Shown: positions 1 through 8,697 of the stretch, in pieces
Numbering within the stretch: the first letter of the stretch is position 1
Layout of the letters: every line of letters begins with the position of its first letter
Assembly: GCF_006345805.1 (NCBI RefSeq)
Contig: NW_021825063.1
Span: 1 to 16,718 of the forward strand
DNA length: 16,718 nucleotides
Direction: 5' to 3'
Source of the DNA: Octopus sinensis
Lineage: Eukaryota
Translations under genes and position numbers: made by a program
Notes under the pieces: generated by a model
Seen by the model: the letters and a program-made list of their open reading frames with translations, nothing else
What the model was told of the DNA's origin: nothing
Database searches by the model: none

Positions 1-54
1 ATAATTATCAAAAAAATTGCTAGGTCCATGGGAATGAACAACGAAAACTCTTCA

Positions 55-105
55 AGGGATTGCTCCAGCATGACCAGAGTTTAATTCTTGAAACCGTTAA
101 AGAGA
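55..105 (+). mobile_element. Degenerate remnant of the SINE 3' tail
   Basis: gattgctccagcatgaccagagtttaattcttgaaaccgttaaagag aligns with the tail ggtgctccagcatggccgcagtcaaatgactgaaacaagtaaaagag of the SINE copy at 1219-1573. Confidence 0.55.
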
Positions 106-330
106 AATACAATACGCTCTGAGAGAAGAGAACATTCTAGAAAACGGAAATAAACAGGATGATTGAGTGTTTTGTAAGGATGGGGTTCACATGAAACGCA
201 GGGGCTTGGTAGTAACATTCTACCAAGCAGTCACATTCTCTGACAGGGCATTCAACTCTCACACGTACACACACACGAAGAAACAAACAAATATACACAC
301 CTTAATAGAGTCAGAGACAGTGTGTAGTAT

Positions 331-468
331 ATGTATGTATACATATATATACACATACACTTACATATATATATATATACACATATATGCACATATATAC
401 ACATAAATACACACATATCTATACAATATATACATACACACATGTATATATGCGGATATGTGTATATA

Positions 469-552
<84 letters not shown>

Positions 553-572
553 ATATATATGTATATATATAA

Positions 573-603
<31 letters not shown>

Positions 604-720
604 GATATTATATAATATATATATATATATATACACAATATATATACATATATATGCGTACATATATATTACTCAACTGCATATATATACATAAAATACA
701 CACACACACACACTTATAAA
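331..720. repeat. Compound (TA)n/(TACA)n/(CA)n microsatellite
   Basis: Direct inspection; long uninterrupted (AT)n around 475-536. The YIYI ORFs here are artefacts. Confidence 0.95.
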
Positions 721-1134
721 TATGTGTGTGTGTGTGCAGCTGTCTATACACACGTGCGCGCATTATAGAAACGTCTAAAAGCTAGGACGCAGAGCAGTGA
801 GAAAACCAGAAAAAAATAACGTGAAGAAGGTTGTTGCAAAAAGTGGTTTGAATATATGTCGTTGCTATTATGTTAAACTGGCCAAATGCGTTTTTTTTTT
901 CTAATATTTATTTTTTCTTGCAATACCCGGTTCTTTTGGTCAAACTATCGTATCTCCGAGCGACTTCAGATACCAAAATATCAAAAATTATCAAAGTGTA
1001 GTGCAACAATTTTGCTATGGAATGGTGAAACTGTTTTACCGTTTTCTGAAAATGCAGCATCACTTTTGCATAAGAGCAACGAAACGCATAAAAAGAACCA
1101 AAAAGATTGCTCTGTGCATCACTTCAAATAACCT

Positions 1135-1218
1135 ATACAAACATACATACATACATACATACATACATACATACATACATACATACATACATACATACAT
1201 ACATACGTACATACATAC
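1135..1218 (+). repeat. (CATA)n microsatellite
   Basis: Near-perfect CATA array immediately 5' of a SINE. Confidence 0.95.
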
Positions 1219-1573
1219 AGGAGTGGCTGTGTGGGTTCAGTCCCACTGCGTGGCACCTCGGGCAAGTGTCTTCTGCTATAGCCCCGGGCCGACCAATGCC
1301 TTGTGAGTGGATTTGGTAGACGGAAACTGAAAGAAGCCTGTCGTATATATGTGTGTGTGTGTATTTGTGTGTCTGTGTTTGTCCCTTTAGCATTGCTTGA
1401 CAACTGATGCTGGTGTGTTAACGTCCCCGTCACTTAGCGGTTCAGCAAAAGGGACCGATAGAATAAGTACTGGGCTTACAAAGAATAAGTCCTGGGGTCG
1501 ATTTGCTCGACTAAAGGCGGTGCTCCAGCATGGCCGCAGTCAAATGACTGAAACAAGTAAAAGAGTAAAAGAG
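1219..1573 (+). mobile_element. tRNA-derived SINE, copy A (Octopus-type, CORE-like central domain), with a deletion between the A and B boxes
   Basis: A-box-like TGGCTGTGTGG, B-box-like GGTTCAGTCC, CORE-like gtggcacctcgggcaagtgtctt, internal (TA)/(TG) repeat and a tail ending aaagagtaaaagag. Colinear with three other copies in this window. Confidence 0.9.
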
Positions 1574-1722
1574 TATACATACATACATACACGTCTGCTC
1601 ATATACATACATACAAAACTATCATGTTGATGCTGTTGAAATTCTAATGAAGGAGCCTTGGATCAAGTTTAGGAAGTGGCTCCTTATCTATTGGCAAGAA
1701 ATCTTGAAATAAACTGAATAAT

Positions 1723-1766
1723 GACATGTATACATACATTCATACATACATGCACGAACACAGACT

Positions 1767-1820
<54 letters not shown>
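1723..1820 (+). repeat. (CATA)n/(CA)n microsatellite
   Basis: Direct inspection. Confidence 0.9.
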
Positions 1821-2124
1821 AATTGTCAATCGCATATATTCCAAGTATTTGTTTTGTTTGTTCGCCGGTTAGCTGCCTGTGGGGCTTTGGAGACGAACTG
1901 AAGTGTTGTTGGTTGGATACAGCAATTCCAAAGCAAATATTGATGATATCCTAAAAGCTAAACACAGTTTTACAAATCTCAACAAATTTTCTGCTGTTTA
2001 GTTTGTGAGATTCGGATATGTGCTCACTGGGTGAGATATAACTATCTTATTGCTAACCTCACCTTCTTTGATAACATGGTTCTCTTTATTTTTTGTGTAT
2101 TCATTGTATTGTATTGAATAATAT

Positions 2125-2194
2125 GGTTATGCGGCCCGTGTTCGCCGTTCTCTCAGTTATCTGGCCAGCCGTGAAAAAGGTTTGGTGTCCCCTA
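2125..2194 (-). mobile_element. Possible solo terminus of a hAT/Charlie-like DNA transposon
   Basis: The minus strand reads TAGGGGACACCAAACCTTTTTCACGGCTGGCCAGATA...ACGGGCCGCAT. This resembles the CAGGGG..CAAAC.TTTT...GGCCAGAT...GCGGGCC architecture of Charlie/MER58-type ends. No partner TIR was found. Confidence 0.4.
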
Positions 2195-2435
2195 ATAGAG
2201 TGACCGCATTTTCACCAACTTTGATGGCATATGGTCTTTTGTTGTTTGATGCAATGGAATTCTCTGAACACGGAGAGAAACGATTGGGCATAGCTGTCTG
2301 GACGCATACGATTTGGCACGGCTGATTGGCTCATTGAGTATCCTTGACAGTACTTTCTGGCACTGTGGGCAAACGCAGATACATACACACGGGTGCGCGG
2401 TAGTAGAAATATACGCATATATAGAGAAACCGAAG

Positions 2436-2495
2436 GAAAGAGAGAGAGAGAGAAAGGGAGGAGAGCGAGAGAGATATAGAGAGCGAGAGAGAGAC
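2436..2495 (+). repeat. (GA)n microsatellite, imperfect
   Basis: Direct inspection. Confidence 0.9.
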
Positions 2496-2579
2496 ATAAC
2501 AATTTATTAACTGACCCCGATTGACATAAACACATTATCTCTCTTCAAAAACAAACTGTTTACACAAGCCGAAGCGTTG

Positions 2580-2976
2580 CAAAACGCTTGCTTCCCAACC
2601 ACATGACTTTGAGAACAGTGCCACTGCGTGGCAGCTTGGGGAGGTGTCTTCTATTATAGCCTAGAGCAGACCAAAGCCTTGTGAGTGGATTTGGTAGACG
2701 GAACTGAAAGAAGCCCGTCATACATATATATATATGTATATATGCATATATATGTGGGGGCGTGCGTGTGTGTGTGTGTGTGTGTATATGTGGTGTGTGT
2801 CTATATATATGTGTGTGTGTGTATCTGTGTGTCTGTGTTTGTCCAGCCGCCACGGCTTGACAACCGATGTTGGCGTGTTTACGTTCCCGTAACATAGAGG
2901 TTCGACAAGGAAGGAGACCGATAGAATAAGTGTTCTGGCATCAAATGACTGAAACAAGTAAAAGAATAAAAAGTAT
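2580..2976 (+). mobile_element. tRNA-derived SINE, copy B (diverged head, expanded internal microsatellite, deletion in the 3' tail)
   Basis: gcttgcttcccaaccacatg...ccactgcgtggcagcttgggg...gagtggatttggtagacggaactgaaagaagcccgtc and tail tcaaatgactgaaacaagtaaaagaa match copies A and D. Confidence 0.85.
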
Positions 2977-2984
<8 letters not shown>

Positions 2985-3009
<25 letters not shown>

Positions 3010-3010
3010 C
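2985..3010 (+). repeat. (GA)n microsatellite following the SINE tail
   Basis: Direct inspection. Confidence 0.9.
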
Positions 3011-3389
3011 TTTAAAACGTCTGCAGGTAGATGAAAAGCCAAGTCGATCTCCGCGAATTTTGAAATGAGAAGGAAACGATACACAACAAATAAGCCAAAA
3101 GCATTCGTTCCGAACGCTCCAACCATTCAGTTAGAATACTGCTTTCGCGGCAACTTAAATAAAAGAAGACTTCGTTGTCTGTCGTTGCACTCAGGATTTA
3201 AATATTTATTTATAAGCATTTTAAAATCTCCAAAGTGCATCTATTTATTTATGTTTTAACGAATTTATATTGTTTTCGTTGTGCTTTCTCTTCTTTTCAT
3301 TTATTTCTTATTCTTTTCAATTTACCAAACGTATTACTTTGCTACTTTGTGTGTTTGAATATTACATTCAGATCACATACCAATGCTTT

Positions 3390-3642
3390 CAATCACACAC
3401 ACAAACACACACGCACACACACACACAACACACACGTACATATATACCCACATGTACATTCTCACATGCGTCGTACACATGTATATATAGATATACATGT
3501 TTATATGCATATGCTTGGTTGTATGTATGTGTGTAGTATGTGTGCGTATGTGTGTACGTAGATATATACGTATATATATATATATACGTACATATATATA
3601 TAATACATATATATATATAAGTATATATATATATATATATAT

Positions 3643-3708
<66 letters not shown>

Positions 3709-3735
3709 ATATATATATATATATATATATAAATA
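3390..3735. repeat. Compound (CA)n/(TG)n/(TA)n low-complexity tract
   Basis: Direct inspection. Confidence 0.9.
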
Positions 3736-3761
3736 ATTGAGTTTTCATTTGAATTAGGTAC

Positions 3762-3793
3762 ATAAGTTCAAGCACCAAGTCAGTCGGTGTTAT
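3762..3793 (-). CDS. Weak candidate exon (32 nt; [10 protein letters not shown])
   Basis: Pyrimidine-rich acceptor ttcatcttcgagctttacag on the minus strand, but a weak donor AT|GTACCT. Product unknown. Confidence 0.18.
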
Positions 3794-3842
3794 CTGTAAA
3801 GCTCGAAGATGAATAAAATCAAAATATTTTTGCTAATTTAAG

Positions 3843-3950
3843 ATATATATATACATATATATATATATAAAATATATATGTTTGTATGTATGTGTGTATG
3901 TATGTGTATGTATATGTATGTATATGTATATTTATGTATGTAATTATATG

Positions 3951-3981
<31 letters not shown>

Positions 3982-4092
3982 GTATGTATATATATATGTA
4001 TATGTATATACGTATATTTGTATGTATGTATATATATGTATATGTATATGTATGGGTATATATATATATATATGTATATGTATATATAAATG

Positions 4093-4162
<70 letters not shown>

Positions 4163-4200
4163 CGAATATTTGTATATATACGTATTTGTATGTGTGCATA
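3843..4200. repeat. Compound (TA)n/(TATG)n/(TG)n microsatellite
   Basis: Direct inspection. Confidence 0.95.
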
Positions 4201-4297
4201 GATAGATCTTTTAATGAAAGCAATTACAGAAGAGCAACTAATAGCTTCATTCTTTAAGAGATAATAAATTGGCAGATTTATATGAGATTCTACGTAC

Positions 4298-4346
4298 CTC
4301 TAAGCAACATTTCGGTACGTTTTTGTAGAGGACATCCATAATGGAA
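4298..4346 (-). CDS. Candidate internal exon (49 nt; [16 protein letters not shown], or [16 protein letters not shown] in the other open frame)
   Basis: Minus-strand acceptor catttatttacag| and donor GAG|GTACGT flank a unique island between microsatellites; two of three frames are open. No homology recognised. Confidence 0.35.
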
Positions 4347-4380
4347 CTGTAAATAAATGTTTATTTGTATATGTATATTT

Positions 4381-4381
4381 A

Positions 4382-4428
<47 letters not shown>

Positions 4429-4429
4429 T

Positions 4430-4515
<86 letters not shown>

Positions 4516-4550
4516 AACATATATACATATATATTATAATATATATATAT

Positions 4551-4580
<30 letters not shown>
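4381..4580. repeat. (ATCT)n followed by (TA)n
   Basis: Direct inspection. Confidence 0.95.
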
Positions 4581-4581
<1 letters not shown>

Positions 4582-4754
4582 GTCTGTTTATCTATGTATT
4601 AATCTATCCGACTGTGGTGTGTATGTGTGTTAGTGCGTGTGCGATGTTAATGATACATGCTTGACTACAGCATGGCTACAAAATGTCTGAAATCACTAAA
4701 GATATAAAGGAATATACAACTTAAGTCCATGGATCATTCAACTCGTATATATCT

Positions 4755-5200
4755 ATGTATCTACCTACCTACCTACCTACCTACCTACCTACCTCTCGAT
4801 CTATTTATCTGTCTATCTATTTATCTAGCTACATGTGTATCTGCTTACCTATCTAACTAGTAACCAACCTACATACATACATACATACAAACATTCATAT
4901 ATACATGCATGCATACATACAATCAATTCATCACTCTATCCATATATCTCTTTCCCTCTGTCTCTTTCCCCCTCTCTTTCTCATTGCATATGCTTACATA
5001 TTCGTATACACATTTGTGCGCGCGCGTGTTTGTGTATGTGTATCTGTGTATGTGTACACACATATAAATACACACTAATACATATACACGTATAGAGATA
5101 GATCCAAGGATCCATAGATACATACATACATACATACATATATACATACATACGTACATACATACATACATACATACATACATACATACATACATGCATA
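4755..5200. repeat. (CTAC)n, (CATA)n and CT-rich low-complexity tracts
   Basis: Direct inspection; pure (CATA)n at about 5115-5200. Confidence 0.85.
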
Positions 5201-5254
5201 CATAAGAAAAAGAATCAGAGAACAGCCGAGAATGACTGAACGAGTTTGACTGAA

Positions 5255-5921
5255 TGGCTAAATGATTGAGGAAGGGAGTGAGGGTGTGAGGGAGTGAGTG
5301 AGGGAGGGAGTGGGTGGGTGGATGAGTGGGTGAGTGAGGGAATGAGCGAGGGAGTGAGTGAGTCCTTCCAAATATAGAACTATCAAATGACACAAGTAAC
5401 ATAAAAACAGTGACACAAAGAAGGAAAGAATGAAAGAGAGAAAAAAGGAAAAAGAAAGAAAGAAAGAAAGAAAGGAAGAAAGAAAGAAAGAAAGAAAGAA
5501 AAAAGGATGAAAGGAAGGAAGGAAGAATGGGAGGAAGAAAAAAAGAAAGAAAGGAAGAAAGAAAGAAAGAAAGAATGAAAGAAAGAAAGGAAGGAAGGAA
5601 TAAAGAAAGGAAGAAAGAAAAAATGAAAGAAAAAAGATAGAAATAGTGAAAGCGAGAAAGAGAGAAAGAGAGAAAGAAAGAAGCAATGAAAGAAAGAAGG
5701 AAAGAAGGAAAGAAAGAAAGAAAGCAAGAAAGAAGAAAGAAAGGAAGAAAGAAAGAAAGAATGAATGAAAGTGAGAAAGAGAGAAAGAGAGAAAGAAAGA
5801 AGCAATGAAAGACAGAAACAATGAAAGAAGGAAAGAAAGAAACAAACAAACAAACAAGCAAAGAAACAAACAATAAAACAAATAAATAAATATAGATAGA
5901 AAGAAAGAAAGAAAGAAAGAA

Positions 5922-5967
<46 letters not shown>
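5255..5967 (+). repeat. (GAGT)n followed by a long polypurine (GAAA)n/(GAAG)n/(GA)n tract
   Basis: Direct inspection. The 353/257/197-aa F/S/L-rich ORFs are translations of this repeat. Confidence 0.95.
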
Positions 5968-5971
<4 letters not shown>

Positions 5972-6650
5972 CGCAAAGGACCACTTTTTACATGGCAACA
6001 TTGGAATTAATTCTGTTTTCCTCGAACACACATCTTCGGCATTGTTGTTAGCTAATCTTTAGTTTATTATTGGTTGTGTTGAAATATCGTCTTTTCCGCT
6101 GGATGATATAATGGAAAACGCTCTTAAATCGATTTTATTACACTGAGCTTATATTTAAGAGGACATTGGCTTTTAGTGTTCACCGAACTTGTATTGGTAA
6201 ATGGAATTGTTACAAAGTGTCGTTATGTATGTATGCTTTAGTGTTATAACGGACATTTTTTTTTCTCCACGTGGGAGTTGATTTCTTGGAAAGGAAATGT
6301 ATATAATAAACACACACATATATATGTATGTATATATATATATATATGTATGTATATATGTGAGTGTCCATGTACGCACGTGTGTGAGAGCATATCCATG
6401 TATGTGTGTGTGTGTGTGTGTGTACTGCGTCGTTGTTGGCATATGTCAATGTGTTTCTGGGAGTGTAGCGCTATCAGCGGTTTTATTGTTAAATGGAAGT
6501 TTGTTGATGTTTGTTTGTGCAACGATAAATAGTTGTCATTGTGTCGATATGAAAAGGGGGATTCCCTTTAAGTTTCCATGCATAGATGCATAAAGACACA
6601 TGCACATGATCATATGTATATATATATATATGTGTGTATGTGTGTGTGTG

Positions 6651-6834
6651 TAACACATCCTTATATTTACATACAATTGTATGTATGTATATATACGTAT
6701 TTGATATATTGTAGACATGCGCTCACATGCACATGTATATATATATATATTATATATATATATATATGTATGTATATATATCAAATGCGTATATATACAT
6801 ACATACAATTGTATGTAAATATATGGATGTGTTA
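6651..6834. repeat. Foldback inverted repeat with 59-bp arms and a 66-nt spacer (MITE-like)
   Basis: 6651-6709 is the reverse complement of 6776-6834 at 57/59 positions. Both ends are TA. Confidence 0.9.
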
Positions 6835-6866
6835 TACACACACATATTTATAGTTCCTATAGCCTC

Positions 6867-7190
6867 AGGCGTGAATGTGTGGTAAGAAGATTGATTCTCA
6901 GCCACATAGTCCCAGGTTCAGTCCCACTGCGTGTAACCTTGGGCAAGTGTCTTCTACTATACCCTCAGGCCGACCAACGTCTTGCGAGTGGATTTGGTAC
7001 AGGGAAACTGAAAGAAGCCCGTCGTATATATATAAATATATATACAACAACCGATGAATAAGCATTTCGGCATAAGAGACTGATAGGATAGGCCTATAAA
7101 GAATGTCCTGGAATCGATTTTCCGACTCAGGGCTGTGCTCCAGCATTGCCGCAGTCAAATGATTGAAAGAGGTAAAAGAATAAAAGAATA
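6867..7190 (+). mobile_element. tRNA-derived SINE, copy C (older, internally deleted 3' half)
   Basis: Head aggcgtgaatgtgtggtaagaag...ggttcagtcccactgcgtgtaaccttgggcaagtgtcttc and tail gtgctccagcattgccgcagtcaaatgattgaaag. Confidence 0.85.
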
Positions 7191-7239
7191 TAAAAATGAA
7201 ATGACAAAAGACTCAAAAAATTATCTCGTGAACTTCATT

Positions 7240-7310
7240 AACTTACAGCTGTTTCTACAATTGACTCGTTGTTGAGTGCCTGAGTAGTACCGTATAGCTT
7301 CATCAGAGCA
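7240..7310 (-). ncRNA. Degenerate minimal type-I hammerhead ribozyme motif
   Basis: Minus strand: UGCU CUGAUGA ... GAAA C AGCU G UA AGU. It has the intact core strings, a palindromic helix III (ACAGCUGU) and a GUA triplet. Helix I is only 3 bp and helix II is not formed in this copy. Confidence 0.45.
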
Positions 7311-7883
7311 TTCATATATACATATGTGTGTGTGCGTGTGAGTGTATATTGTGAACGAAAAAAAAAGACAGCATAAGTGAGATATATTTTATATTTACAT
7401 ATATTGTATTAGCTTAACTTCCATAAAGAGGAACATTTGAATGTTTTGCATGTTCGCTGTTCACAGAGGAAAAACAGCAGTTTCTGAGGATGGAAAAGGA
7501 GTGGTGAAGAAAGAGAATATGAGGTGTGGTTTGGAAGATACGTATGAATGCGATGTTTTGGAAGTAGCTAAGAAGTGAGGTTTGACGGGTGCGTTTGCAC
7601 GTAAGAATATGTTTGTATTTTGAGATAGGATCCGTGTGGGTTTATGCTGTGTGAGTGTGTACAGAGGATTGCCATTGCGGAATTTGAGTAGTGAGGGCTA
7701 GTTGAGTGCTGTGTGTTTGTGTGTTTGTGTTCTCACACATAAATAAATGAATAAATAAATATATGTGTGTGTGTAACTACAAGCATACATACATATATAT
7801 GCATATGTATTTACATCATACAAATTTATATGTATATCGATACATATGAGTAATATGTATAATATTTGTAAACAAACAAACGT

Positions 7884-8046
7884 AGGCGTATGAGTGGCTG
7901 TGTGGTAAGTAGCTTCCTTTCCAACCACATGCTTCAGGGTTCAGTCCCACTGCGTGGCACCTTACGAAAGTATCTTCTACTAGAGCCTCGGGCCAACCAA
8001 AACCTTGTGAGTGTATTTCGTGGACGGAAACTGAAAGAAGGCCGTC

Positions 8047-8120
<74 letters not shown>

Positions 8121-8327
8121 CGTATGTCTGTGTTTGTCCCCCCGATCATCGCTTGACAACCGATGTTAGTGTGTTTACGTCCCGATAATTTAGCGGTTCG
8201 GTTCGGCAAAAGAAACAGATAGAATAAGTACTAGGCTAACAAAGAATAAGTTCTGGGGTCGATTTGTTCGACAAAAGGCGGTGCTCCGGTATGACTGCAG
8301 TCAAATGACTAAAACAAATAAAAGAAA
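7884..8327 (+). mobile_element. tRNA-derived SINE, copy D (most complete copy)
   Basis: Full head gagtggctgtgtggtaagtagcttcctttccaaccacatgcttcagggttcagtccc, CORE-like segment, internal (TA)n(TG)n and a complete tail. Confidence 0.9.
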
Positions 8328-8417
8328 AACCCGAAAGACTTTGTAAGTCAATTGTTCATAGAAAATATCACTTTAATCGGAGGATATATATTATTATGAT
8401 ATATTATCACATAGTTC

Positions 8418-8562
8418 ATTATTTACATTATTCACATTGTTTACATTTGACGGACATTTATCCTCATCTTGTTTGTTGTTAACACAACCTTTCAGCTGAT
8501 GTACCCTCCGGCCTTCATCAGGTGTCTTGGGGGAAATCTCGAACCTGGGTTTTCATTCCGAT
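8418..8562 (-). mobile_element. Short hammerhead-bearing repeat, possibly a Penelope-like pseudo-LTR fragment
   Basis: Contains the hammerhead motif at 8481-8526 and abuts the (GTT)n(ATT)n tract. The PLE assignment is inferred from the known association of minimal type-I hammerheads with PLE pLTRs; boundaries are approximate. Confidence 0.45.
8481..8526 (-). ncRNA. Minimal type-I hammerhead ribozyme motif, probably inactivated
   Basis: Minus strand: GACAC CUGAUGA A GGCCG gaggguacau CAGCU GAAA GGUU GUGUU. Helix I GACAC/GUGUU is 5 bp and helix II has 4/5 pairs. A single G-to-C change after GAAA would give the palindromic helix III AACGUU. Confidence 0.6.
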
Positions 8563-8602
8563 GTTGTTGTTGTTGTTGTTTATGTTGTTGTTATTATTAT
8601 TA

Positions 8603-8687
<85 letters not shown>

Positions 8688-8697
8688 TATCATTATT
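8563..8697. repeat. Compound (GTT)n(ATT)n tract at the 3' junction of Dong copy 1
   Basis: Direct inspection; reads (TAA)n on the LINE strand. Confidence 0.95.

Noticed and set aside
1644-1712. CTAATGA followed by hairpin AAGGAGCC/GGCTCCTT (1650-1657/1678-1685) and a later GAAA, resembling a hammerhead
   Set aside because: The essential G of CUGA is A, 13 extra nt separate the stem from GAAA, and there is no convincing helix I. It is only an 8-bp hairpin.
7247-7279. Apparent minus-strand exon with donor CT|GTAAGT
   Set aside because: The donor is part of the hammerhead-like repeat motif (GAAACAGCTGTAAGT), so a repeat origin explains it.
167-8209. Numerous 60-350 aa ORFs rich in YI, HT, CV, IYLS or FLS
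   Set aside because: They are translations of di- and tetranucleotide microsatellites or SINE bodies, with no protein-like complexity.
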